DNA from: Candidatus Nitrospinota bacterium M3_3B_026
Lineage (GTDB): Bacteria > Nitrospinota_A > UBA7883 > JBPRGF01
Direction: 5' to 3'
Length of the DNA stretch: 64,000 bases
NCBI GenBank assembly: GCA_051418015.1
Contig: JBPRGF010000023.1
Span: 224,001 to 288,000, forward strand
In this document: positions 18,896-28,035 of the stretch, piece by piece
Numbering within the stretch: position 1 is the stretch's first letter
How the letters are laid out: each line of letters begins with the position of its first letter
Position numbers and translations under genes: made by a program
Notes under the pieces: model-generated
What the model saw: the letters and a program-made list of their open reading frames with translations, nothing else
Told to the model about the DNA's origin: nothing
The model's database searches: none

Positions 18896-19861
18896 CTATT
18901 TCATCGACCAGACCTCGCCCTGGTAAAAAATCCCCACCCTGTCGTAAAACTCGTCCCCCGCCGCGGCGCGGAGCCAGTTCATGGGGTCCTCCACCGGCTC
19001 CTGGCTGTTGATGAAAGTCCCCCAGTGAACCGGCAGCAGGACGGGAGCGCCGGTCTGCTTGTACATCTTCCATATATCCTCGCTGGTGGCGTGGTTTTTC
19101 CTGAACCACTCCGGCCTGTACGCCCCCAGGTCGAATATCGCGGCGTCAATCCGGCTCGTTTTGGCCACTTCCCCGAACACGCCCGTATAGCCCGTGTCGC
19201 CGGCCAGGAGGATGGTCCTCCCGTTTTTCTTGAAAAGATAGCTGTTATATCTTCTGTCCGCCTTCTCCCAGGGCGTCCTGTTCCCCCAGTGCCTTGGCGC
19301 GAAGGCGAAGATTTCCACCCCTCCAGCCTCGATCCGGCTGTTCCAGGCCGCCTCCCTCACTTTTTCAAACCCCAGCCCGGCGGCAAGGTCCGAAAACCCC
19401 GTGGGGGTTATCAGCTCCGCGTCCTTCGGGAGCCTTTCGAGGGAGGGCGGGTCGAAGTGGTCCATGTGCGCGTGGGTGATGACCACGAGGTCGAGCCGCG
19501 GCAGGTCGCCGATCGAAAGGGCGGGCTCTATCATCCTGCGGGAGCCGAGGACGCCGAACGGCGTCTGGATCCCCACCCTATCCGAAAAAACCGGGTCGGT
19601 GAGTATCCACGTCCCGTAGAAATTGATAAGACACGTCGCGTGCCCTATCCAGGCGACTGAGACTTTCTCATCCGTCATGGAAGAAACGTCCGGCCGCAGC
19701 CGCGCCGGGGCGATCGGATGCGCCAGCTCGTGGACCCAGCCGCGCAGGGGTATCGTCAGACGGAAAAAACCGGCGTACAGCGCAACGGCGAACAGGACGG
19801 CCGCAACGAGCGAAACCGCGCCGATGAGCTCGAGCATCCTTCGCGCCACCGTTTTGCTCAA
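18896..19861 (-). CDS. MBL-fold metallo-hydrolase (NAPE-PLD/RomA-like), N-terminally anchored
   Basis: WIGHAT, LTDPVFSDR, THAHMDH, AGDTGY and PVHWGTF. Confidence 0.9.
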   Translation of the reverse strand: MSKTVARRMLELIGAVSLVAAVLFAVALYAGFFRLTIPLRGWVHELAHPIAPARLRPDVSSMTDEKVSVAWIGHATCLINFYGTWILTDPVFSDRVGIQTPFGVLGSRRMIEPALSIGDLPRLDLVVITHAHMDHFDPPSLERLPKDAELITPTGFSDLAAGLGFEKVREAAWNSRIEAGGVEIFAFAPRHWGNRTPWEKADRRYNSYLFKKNGRTILLAGDTGYTGVFGEVAKTSRIDAAIFDLGAYRPEWFRKNHATSEDIWKMYKQTGAPVLLPVHWGTFINSQEPVEDPMNWLRAAAGDEFYDRVGIFYQGEVWSMK

Positions 19862-19912
19862 CCGTGAATCATCGGGTCAACAGCCCTGGCTAAGAGCTCC
19901 ACCGGGGGCGGT

Positions 19913-22153
19913 TCAGCGCCTTTTGCGAACCTTTTTTTTCCCGCCCGTCTTGCGGGCGGGCCTTTTCCCGGCCGGCTTCCGGGCCGCCCTTCCGCGGCGT
20001 CCGGGGGATGGCCTTTTGCCCTTTGCAGCGGCGGGTTTTTCGCCTTCCTTCGCGACGAGCTTGAAGTCGATCTGCCTGCGCTCCACGGAGACATTGTCCA
20101 CCACGATCCTCACCCTCTCGCCCAGGCGGAACTTCCTGCCCGTCCTCTCGCCGTAGAGGGCATGGTCGCGCTCGTTAAAAATATAGTAGTCGTTCGGGAT
20201 CGACGTTATGTGCACAAGGCCTTCCACCGGCGGCGCGGAAAGCTCCACGAAAAAGCCGAAAGACGTGACCCCGGAGATTATCCCGTCGAATTCCTCGCCG
20301 ACGTGCCTCGCCATGTACTGCGTCTGCCGGAGCTTGAGCATCTCCCTTTCCGCCTCGTTGGCGTTGCGCTCCGCCGTGGACGACCGCTCCGCCACGCGGG
20401 GCAGGCGCTTTTCCCACGCCGCCTCCCTTTTCTCCCTCCTCACCAGGTCACGCAACAGCCTGTGGACAGCCAGGTCCGGGTAACGCCTTATGGGGCTCGT
20501 GAAATGGGTGTAATGGTCGAAACCCAGGCCGAAGTGGCCTATATTCTCCGTGGAATAGCGCGCCTGCTTCATCGAGCGCAGCATCACGTGGGTGATGAGC
20601 TTCTCCTCCGGGAGGCCGTCGACGGCGCTCAATATCTCCTGCAGCCTCTTGGCGGTGATCTTCTCCCCCTTCCTGAAGAAAAAGCCGAACGCCGCCGCGA
20701 ACTCCTTGAACGCCTCGAGCTTCACCGGGTCCGGCTCGTCGTGGACCCTGAACAGCGCCGGGTAGCGCGCCTCCAGCAGATGGCCCGCCACGGTCCTATT
20801 GGCGGCGAGCATGAACTCCTCGATGATCCTGTGGGCGACGTTTCTCTCGGCGAGTATTATGTTCTCCGGCCTGCCGGTGACGTCCAGCACGATCTCCGGC
20901 TCCGGCAGGTCGAAGTCCAGCGCGCCAGCCTCCTGCCTTTTTTTCTTCAACAGCGCCGTCAGCTCCTCCATATCCCTGAACATCGGCGCAAGGCGCGCGT
21001 AGCGCTCCTTCATCGCCGGGTCATCCTTTTCCAGGATGGCGGCGACGGCGGTATACGTCATCCTATCGGCGGAACGGATGACGGACTCGTATATGCCGTA
21101 GTCCACCATCCTCCCCGTCCTGTCGAAGGTCATGACACAGCTCATGCTGAGGCGGTCCACCCGCGGGTTGAGCGAGCACAGGTCGTTGGAAAGCTCGAAG
21201 GGGAGCATGGGTATGACGGATCCGGGGAAATAGACCGATGTCCCCCGGAGCGCGGCCTCCTTGTCCAGCGCCGAGCCCTCCTTCACGTAGTTCGACACGT
21301 CGGCGATGTGCACGCCCAGCCGCCACCGGCCGCCGTCGAGCCGTTCCACCTCCACGGCGTCGTCGAAGTCCTTGGCCGTCTCGCCGTCGATTGTGACTAT
21401 GGTCCTGTCCCTGAAATCCTCCCGCCCCGCGCAGTCCTTCTCCGAAGGGGGTGAAAGCCTCCGCGCCTCCCGCAGCGCCGTCGGCGGGAACTGCGAGCGG
21501 AGCTTGTGGTTGGCTATGACGATCTCGATCTCGACGGCGGGATCGTCCGGCTCGCCGAGAACTTTCTCGATCTCGCCGTAGGGCTGGCGCGTCTTGGAGG
21601 GGTACTCCAGGATCCTGGCGATGACGGCCTGGCCGTTCCTGACGTTCGCCGTTTTCCCGGGCGGGATGTATATATCCAGGGCCACCTTCCGCTCGAAGGG
21701 GACGACGTATCCACCGGCGTTGACCTTCTCGAAGACCCCGGCGATGGTCTCGTAGGCGCGTTCTATTATCCTGATGACGCTGCCCTCCCTGCGCCCGTCG
21801 GACCTGGTGGATTCCACCCTGCACACGACCCTGTCGCCGTGCATCGCCTCGTTGAAACTCCTGGCGCGGATGAATACGTCGCTCTGCGAGGAGTCGTCGG
21901 GTATGATGAACCCGTAACCGTCCGGATGGCCCTGGACCACGCCAGTGACGAGGTTCATCTTGTCCGGCAGACCGTAGCGGTTGCCCTTGATACGGACGAT
22001 CACCCCCTCGTTGGCCAGCGCCCGGATGCGTCTTCTCATCGCGGCCCTGTCATCGGGGGCGATTTTAAGCTTGGACATTATCTCCCTCATGGATAGAGGG
22101 TTGGTCAGCAGTTTTCTGAGGGTCTTCGCCAGTTCCCCGTCTGTTCCGTTCAT
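19913..22153 (-). CDS. rnr: Ribonuclease R
   Basis: Cold-shock domains (HPDGYGF), TIDGETAKDFDDA, YTHFTSPIRRYPDL, an S1 domain and a basic tail. Confidence 0.97.
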   Translation of the reverse strand: MNGTDGELAKTLRKLLTNPLSMREIMSKLKIAPDDRAAMRRRIRALANEGVIVRIKGNRYGLPDKMNLVTGVVQGHPDGYGFIIPDDSSQSDVFIRARSFNEAMHGDRVVCRVESTRSDGRREGSVIRIIERAYETIAGVFEKVNAGGYVVPFERKVALDIYIPPGKTANVRNGQAVIARILEYPSKTRQPYGEIEKVLGEPDDPAVEIEIVIANHKLRSQFPPTALREARRLSPPSEKDCAGREDFRDRTIVTIDGETAKDFDDAVEVERLDGGRWRLGVHIADVSNYVKEGSALDKEAALRGTSVYFPGSVIPMLPFELSNDLCSLNPRVDRLSMSCVMTFDRTGRMVDYGIYESVIRSADRMTYTAVAAILEKDDPAMKERYARLAPMFRDMEELTALLKKKRQEAGALDFDLPEPEIVLDVTGRPENIILAERNVAHRIIEEFMLAANRTVAGHLLEARYPALFRVHDEPDPVKLEAFKEFAAAFGFFFRKGEKITAKRLQEILSAVDGLPEEKLITHVMLRSMKQARYSTENIGHFGLGFDHYTHFTSPIRRYPDLAVHRLLRDLVRREKREAAWEKRLPRVAERSSTAERNANEAEREMLKLRQTQYMARHVGEEFDGIISGVTSFGFFVELSAPPVEGLVHITSIPNDYYIFNERDHALYGERTGRKFRLGERVRIVVDNVSVERRQIDFKLVAKEGEKPAAAKGKRPSPGRRGRAARKPAGKRPARKTGGKKKVRKRR

Positions 22154-22354
22154 TCAGGCTCCGGATTTCGTGTTTCGACGTTGTGGCGCATTGTATCGCA
22201 AACCGGGCGCGAACATAAGTAAGGACTCTCCATCGGCCATTTTGGCGTTGTCCGCGCCGGGAAAATACAATAATATCTAAGTTTTCAAACGAGTGTAAAA
22301 TCCGGCCGGAACGGCGCTTCCCGCCGCGGGTCTTTTTCATACGGGAGCCAGACG

Positions 22355-23374
22355 ATGATTATAGTGATGCAGGAGAAGGCGACGAAACAGGATGTCGAGG
22401 ACGTCGTCAGGAGGGTGAAGGACTTCGGCTACACGCCGAAACTCATAGAGGGGTCGCTGAGGACGGTCGTGGCCGCCCTGGGCGACGCCCGGGACAAGGC
22501 CAGGCTGCAGGCGCTGGAGTCGCTCCACCACGTGGAGAGCGTTATGCCGATACTCAAGCCGTACAAACTCTGTTCCAGGGAGGTGAAAGCGGAGGACACC
22601 GTGGTGGACGTCAAAGGAGTGAGGATTGGGGGCGGCGAGAAGCTCGCCGTCATGGCGGGGCCCTGCTCCGTCGAGGGCCGTGAGCAACTCCTGGAGACCG
22701 CCTGGGCCGTGAAGAAAGCGGGCGCCTCCATCCTGCGCGGCGGGGCGTTCAAGCCGCGCACGTCGCCCTACAGCTTCCAGGGGATGGAGGAGGAGGGCCT
22801 GAAGCTTTTAAGGGACGTCTCCGACGAGACGGGGCTGCCGGTCGTGACGGAGGTGATGAATCCCCGCGACGCCGAGCTTGTCCACCGCTACACCGATATC
22901 ATGCAGATAGGCGCCAGGAACGTGCAGAACTTCTCGCTTCTGCGCGAGGTGGGCAGGATGGAGAAGCCGATCCTGCTCAAACGCGGGCTCTCCACGACGA
23001 TCGAGGAGTGGCTGATGTCCGCCGAGTACATCCTTTCCGAGGGCAACGACAAGGTCATCCTGTGCGAGCGTGGCATCCGCACCTTCGAGAAGGCCACGCG
23101 CAACACGCTGGACCTGTCCGCGGTACCGGTGGTCAAGGAGCGCTCGCACCTGCCGATCATCATCGACCCCAGCCACGGCGTGGGGTACTGGCAGTACGTG
23201 GCGTCGATGTCCAAGGCCGCCGTGGCGGCGGGGGCGGACGGGCTGATGATCGAGGTGCACTGGAGGCCGGAGGAAGCCTTCTCCGACGGGCCGCAGTCGC
23301 TCAAACCGGGGAAATTCGCCAAGCTGATGGCCGAGCTGGCGCCCATAGCGGAAGCGGTAGGGCGGAAAATCTGA
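22355..23374 (+). CDS. aroF: DAHP synthase, class I-beta, with an N-terminal regulatory domain
   Basis: AGPCSVE, RGGAFKPRTSPYSFQG, QIGARN, CERGIRTFE and DPSHG. Confidence 0.95.
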   Translation: MIIVMQEKATKQDVEDVVRRVKDFGYTPKLIEGSLRTVVAALGDARDKARLQALESLHHVESVMPILKPYKLCSREVKAEDTVVDVKGVRIGGGEKLAVMAGPCSVEGREQLLETAWAVKKAGASILRGGAFKPRTSPYSFQGMEEEGLKLLRDVSDETGLPVVTEVMNPRDAELVHRYTDIMQIGARNVQNFSLLREVGRMEKPILLKRGLSTTIEEWLMSAEYILSEGNDKVILCERGIRTFEKATRNTLDLSAVPVVKERSHLPIIIDPSHGVGYWQYVASMSKAAVAAGADGLMIEVHWRPEEAFSDGPQSLKPGKFAKLMAELAPIAEAVGRKI

Positions 23375-23438
23375 CCGCCACGCGCCCAGGGCCGCGTGGG
23401 GCTTTTCAGAACGTTCAGCGTAACACTGCCGCGACATC

Positions 23439-23467
23439 GTCACTCTGAGGCGGGAGCCGAAGAATCC
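23439..23467 (+). repeat. Degenerate REP/MITE-like half-repeat
   Basis: GTCACTCTGAGGCGGGAGCCGAAGAATCC resembles the widespread GTCATYCTGAGC..GCGAAG(A/G)ATC intergenic repeat. A related copy lies in the opposite orientation at 25580-25615. Confidence 0.4.
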
Positions 23468-23524
23468 TCCGCTCGTGGATATGTCTGAAAGACCTCCGGC
23501 GCGAGGACGGGTATAATCCCAAAC

Positions 23525-25471
23525 ATGGAAAAATATTTCGCCCCGGCGGGAAAGCTCGGCGAAGTCCTCAGCGGATTCAAGAGCAGGCCGGGGCAACTCC
23601 AGATGGCCGAGGCCGTCCGTGACACCATCGAAAAGGGCGGCGTCCTGCTCGTCGAGGCCGGAACCGGCGTCGGAAAGACGCTGGCCTACCTCGTCCCCGC
23701 CGTCCTTTCAGGGAAGAAGGTGGCCGTCTCCACGGGCACGAAGAACCTCCAGGAACAGCTTATAGAAAAAGACATACCGATCCTCCAGAAACTCTTTCCC
23801 GGCAGGTTCCAGGCCGCCGTGATGAAGGGCCGCGGCAACTACCTTTGCAAACGGCGTTTCAAAAACTTCGCCCAGCAGCCGCTCTTCCGGGAAGGCGGCG
23901 AGGCGAAGTTTTTCAGCCTTATCCAAGACTGGGCCATGAAAACCGCGACGGGCGACCGCGCGGAGATAGAGGGCCTGCCGGACGACTACGCGGCGTGGGG
24001 GGAGATGAACTCGAAGTCCGAACTGTGCCTCGGCCAGGCCTGCCCCACCTTCAGCTCCTGTTTCATCACAAAGATGCGCGCCGAGGCGGCGGTAGCGGAC
24101 ATCGTCGTCGTGAACCATCATCTCTTCTTCGCCGACCTGAACGTGCGCGAGGCCGCCTTCGGCGAGGTGATCCCCCGCTGCGACGCGGTGATATTCGACG
24201 AGGCGCACCAGGTGGAGGAGACGTCGATGAGCTACTTCGGGCAGGCCATATCGAACCACCGCGTGGCCGACGCCGTCCGCGACGCGGAGAGGGAGCTTCG
24301 CGCGGCGGGCCTTTCGGACCCCGACGCGGCGGCCCTCCTCGCGAACCTGGCACGCCGCTCCCAGGAGTTCTTCGACCTCTTGCGGGGGGCTGGGGGCAGG
24401 CGCAGGCTCACGCATAAAGAGGTCGAGGCGGTGTCCGAGGCGTCCGGCGTCCTTCTGAACACCCTCAGCCTCGTCAGCGATTTTCTGGCCTCCACGGTGA
24501 AGGGGCCGGACGCTGTGAAAAACCTGTCCATGCGGTTTTCGGAGCTGGCGGAGCTGCTCTCGGAGATACTCTCCCTGGAGCGGGACGACCATGTCTACTG
24601 GGTGGAGAGCAGGGGCTGGGGCGTCTTCCTGCAAAGCTCCCCCATAGAAGTATCAGAGCTTCTGCGGGAGAAGCTTTATCCCGCTTTCGAGTCGATCATC
24701 CTGACCTCCGCGACGCTCACCACAGGCGGCGGGTTCGGCTTCATGAAGTCGCGGCTCGGGCTTGAGGACGCCGAGGAGCTTTGCGTCGCCTCTCCTTTCG
24801 ACTATGAGCGGCAGACGGTTTTCTACGCCCCGGACGACCTCCCGCCCCCATCCTCGCCCGCCTTCCCCGCCCGCGCCGCGGAGAGGATGAGGGAGCTTCT
24901 GGCCGAGACGAACGGGAGGGCCTTCCTGCTTTTCACAAGCTACAGGAACATGGAGAAGGTGAGCCATGAACTTGCCGGCAGGCTGCCCTACCCCACCTTG
25001 AAGCAGGGAGAAAGCCCGCGCTCTGTCATCCTGAAAAAGTTCAGGGATGGCGAAAACCTCGTCCTGTTCGCCACGACATCGTTCTGGCAGGGGGTGGACG
25101 TGCCCGGCGAGGCTCTCTCGGCCGTGATCGTGGACAAGCTGCCATTCGCTCCGCCGGACGACCCTCTGACGGCGGCCATCATCGAAGCGATCGAAAAACG
25201 GGGCGGCTCGGCGTTCATGGAGTACCAGCTGCCCCTGGCGGCGCTGATGCTCAAGCAGGGGCTGGGAAGGCTTGTAAGAAGCGAGACAGACACGGGGCTG
25301 CTGGCGGTGCTGGACGGAAGGCTCCTTGGCAAAAGCTACGGCAAAATCTTCCTGAAAAGCCTCCCCCCCATCACCGTCCATCGCAGGCTGGACAACGTGA
25401 GGAAGAGCCTGCGAAAGCTTTGGGGAAAGGGCGCCGCCGAAAAGACGGCGCCGAAACAGGCCCGGCGCTGA
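23525..25471 (+). CDS. ATP-dependent DNA helicase, DinG/YoaA family (Fe-S cluster)
   Basis: Q motif RPGQ, EAGTGVGKT, KGRGNYLC, Cys cluster CLGQACPTFSSC, FDEAH and QGLGRLVR. Confidence 0.94.
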   Translation: MEKYFAPAGKLGEVLSGFKSRPGQLQMAEAVRDTIEKGGVLLVEAGTGVGKTLAYLVPAVLSGKKVAVSTGTKNLQEQLIEKDIPILQKLFPGRFQAAVMKGRGNYLCKRRFKNFAQQPLFREGGEAKFFSLIQDWAMKTATGDRAEIEGLPDDYAAWGEMNSKSELCLGQACPTFSSCFITKMRAEAAVADIVVVNHHLFFADLNVREAAFGEVIPRCDAVIFDEAHQVEETSMSYFGQAISNHRVADAVRDAERELRAAGLSDPDAAALLANLARRSQEFFDLLRGAGGRRRLTHKEVEAVSEASGVLLNTLSLVSDFLASTVKGPDAVKNLSMRFSELAELLSEILSLERDDHVYWVESRGWGVFLQSSPIEVSELLREKLYPAFESIILTSATLTTGGGFGFMKSRLGLEDAEELCVASPFDYERQTVFYAPDDLPPPSSPAFPARAAERMRELLAETNGRAFLLFTSYRNMEKVSHELAGRLPYPTLKQGESPRSVILKKFRDGENLVLFATTSFWQGVDVPGEALSAVIVDKLPFAPPDDPLTAAIIEAIEKRGGSAFMEYQLPLAALMLKQGLGRLVRSETDTGLLAVLDGRLLGKSYGKIFLKSLPPITVHRRLDNVRKSLRKLWGKGAAEKTAPKQARR

Positions 25472-25579
25472 TCCCCCTCTTCGTCCAAGACCTTCGCGCA
25501 AACAACGTTTTCGCTGCCTTTGCCGTCCCGCGCCGCCAGGCGAGGAACCTCGCCACGGTTGTTTGTCATAACAAAATCA

Positions 25580-25615
25580 AGGTCCTTCGCTGCACCACCG
25601 CTCCGCTCAGGGGTC
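25580..25615 (-). repeat. Degenerate REP/MITE-like half-repeat
   Basis: The minus strand reads GACCCCTGAGCGGAGCGGTGGTGCAGCGAAGGACCT, related to the element at 23439-23467. Confidence 0.4.
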
Positions 25616-25659
25616 CAGAGGATTTTTTGCCCCACAGGTCCTTTTCACGCAGGCCCACC

Positions 25660-27801
25660 TCATAACCCTCTACCCAGTGGGAACCCAAGGATCACTTCCG
25701 TCCCTTTACCGGGGCCGCCGCTGTCCATCTCGAATTTTCCGTCGTGGCTTTCCATTATCAGCCGGATGATAGTGAGGCCCAGCCCCATCCCACCTCCCAC
25801 GACCCTGCTCTGTCCTGTGGAGTGATGGAGGGGGTCCTCCAGGGAAAAGTATGGCTCCAGCACCTGGCCCCTCTTGTCCGCGGGGATCCCCTCTCCCTCG
25901 TCTTTTATCCTTATGACGACGGACCCGCCCTCCAACACAGCCGAGACCCTGACCACACCACCCCTCGGGGAGTACCTGACGGCGTTTGACACGGCCTCAT
26001 CGACGGCGCTCCTGAAAAGACGCCTGTCGCTCAGTATCTTCGCCTCCCTGGCGTCCCCCTCCACGCCCAGGGCGATCGACACCTCCCTGCCCTCTTTGTC
26101 AATGGCCGCGCGGGCGCTCTCCACGCAGTAGAGAAGATCGAAATAATAATCGACGCTCTGAAACCTGTCCCTCGCCGCCGATACGGTCAGGTCGGATATA
26201 AGGGAGGTGGCGTATATGATCCTGTCCAACCCGAAAGAGGACTCTTTCAGAAGGCTCCTTATCTCCTCGAGCTTGTCCTTTTCCCCCGGCGCGGCCTCGA
26301 CGCCGTCGAGCATCATCCTCACAAGCTCCAGCTTGGAAAGCGGGGTGCGAAGCTCGTGGGAGGTCACGGCGGTGAAATAGTCCTTGGCGTGAGCCAGCAT
26401 GGCCTCGCGGGAGACATCCCTTTTTATCGCCACGAAGTTGATTATCTCCCCCTGGCTGTCGAACACGGGAGATATGGTGTTTTCCTCTTCGTAGAAGGAG
26501 CCGTCCTTCCTCCTGTTCGTCATGTAGCCGGTCCACGTCCTGCCGCCCTTTATCGTATCCCACATCTGGCGGTAGAAATGGACGTCCTGCCGGCCGCTCT
26601 TGAGCATCCTGGGGTTTCTCCCCAGCGCCTCCTCCCGGCTGTAGCCCGTCACCTTTTCGAAAGCGGGGTTCACGTACTGGATGACCCCCTCGGAGTCGGC
26701 TATCATAACCGTCTCCGCGGCCTGCTCCACCGCCGTCATCAGCCGGTCGCGCTCCTCCTCGGCGCGCTTTCTCTGGGTTATGTCGTCCACTATCCAGATA
26801 GAGCCCCTCGAAAGGTCCGAAGGCTCCACCGCCTTGCCGAAAAGCCTGGCCCAGAAAACCTCGCCGTCGAACCTTTTGAGCTTTATCTCGGTGTCATAGG
26901 TGTCCCCCCGCTCAAGCCTCGGATACGCCTCGGCGCCGACCTTCTCGAAACTTTCCGGGGAAATGTGGGCGACCTGCGCCGACAGTCCCTCGGCTCTCTC
27001 CGAGTCCGGGAGGCCGAAAAGCAGCCGCGCCTTCTGGTTGGCCCACACCACTTTCCTGTCCTTCAGGAGGATGATGCCCACGACGGCGTTGTCCAGCACG
27101 ATGTCCCTCTCTATCAGCGTCCGCCGCAGCCGCTCCTCCATGGCCTTGCGCTCCATGATATCTCTCATGATGGTGACAACGGCCGGGCCGCCTTCGTAGA
27201 CGAAGGGAGCGCAGACCGCCTCCACACTCATTATGGAGCCGTCCAGCCTGAGCATTTCCAGGTCCGTCAGGGGCTGTTTTCCGCCCTCCGCGTATGTTTT
27301 TTCCAGCCTTTCCATCAAGGGCTGGCGGCTCTCAAAGTCCACGAAATCGATCATGGGCCTGCCGAGGACTCTCTCCGCCGTCCCCGCGCCTAGTATCTCC
27401 ACCAGCGCGGGGTTCGCGTACACGATCTTGCCGCCCGCGGTGATGGCGATGGCGTCCGGGGAGTTTTCCACCAGCCGCCGGTAGCGCTCCTCGCTTTCAC
27501 GGAGCTTCTCACCGTACCTCTTGATATCGTTGAAAAGCGGCGCGATCCAGGCTATCCCCAGCAGCATGACCGCTGAGATGGCGAGCGCCACAAGCTCGGC
27601 GTATAAATCTGGCGGATAAGAGATGTCGCCTGATAAAACCCTTAAAAGGGTTATCCCCCTCCTCGCCGCCATCAGCGTGACGGCCAGGGCGATCAACGAC
27701 CACGCTACGCGGGAGCCGGTGACCCATATCAACCGCAGGGCGAACAGAGCCGCAAGGAGCTGTAAGATTATGGACAGAAGAAGAACACTGAGCTCCGCCA
27801 A
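25660..27801 (-). CDS. Membrane-bound multi-PAS sensor histidine kinase
   Basis: Three N-terminal TM helices, three PAS/PAC domains, H-box SHELRTPL and HATPase motifs SNAVRY, DEGEGI, GMGLGL. TTG 27801 is preceded by GGAGG (the ORF track extends to 27927). Confidence 0.92.
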   Translation of the reverse strand: MAELSVLLLSIILQLLAALFALRLIWVTGSRVAWSLIALAVTLMAARRGITLLRVLSGDISYPPDLYAELVALAISAVMLLGIAWIAPLFNDIKRYGEKLRESEERYRRLVENSPDAIAITAGGKIVYANPALVEILGAGTAERVLGRPMIDFVDFESRQPLMERLEKTYAEGGKQPLTDLEMLRLDGSIMSVEAVCAPFVYEGGPAVVTIMRDIMERKAMEERLRRTLIERDIVLDNAVVGIILLKDRKVVWANQKARLLFGLPDSERAEGLSAQVAHISPESFEKVGAEAYPRLERGDTYDTEIKLKRFDGEVFWARLFGKAVEPSDLSRGSIWIVDDITQRKRAEEERDRLMTAVEQAAETVMIADSEGVIQYVNPAFEKVTGYSREEALGRNPRMLKSGRQDVHFYRQMWDTIKGGRTWTGYMTNRRKDGSFYEEENTISPVFDSQGEIINFVAIKRDVSREAMLAHAKDYFTAVTSHELRTPLSKLELVRMMLDGVEAAPGEKDKLEEIRSLLKESSFGLDRIIYATSLISDLTVSAARDRFQSVDYYFDLLYCVESARAAIDKEGREVSIALGVEGDAREAKILSDRRLFRSAVDEAVSNAVRYSPRGGVVRVSAVLEGGSVVIRIKDEGEGIPADKRGQVLEPYFSLEDPLHHSTGQSRVVGGGMGLGLTIIRLIMESHDGKFEMDSGGPGKGTEVILGFPLGRGL

Positions 27802-28035
27802 GTATCTGCCTCCCCGGGTTCCAGGCTTCTTGACATGATATCGTAAATGACTCTTGTTTTCATAGTATCCTGAGGCGCATTTAAAAAAGAAAAATCGCGT
27901 CCACTTGGCCATTTTGCATCTTTCCATTGCATCGCGGCGTGGAGGACGTCAAGCTGGGCCGCAAAATCGGGCGGTCTTCTGTTCCCCGAGGGGGCAAGGT
28001 GTGAGAAACTTGTAAAAAACAGGATTGGCCGCCCG

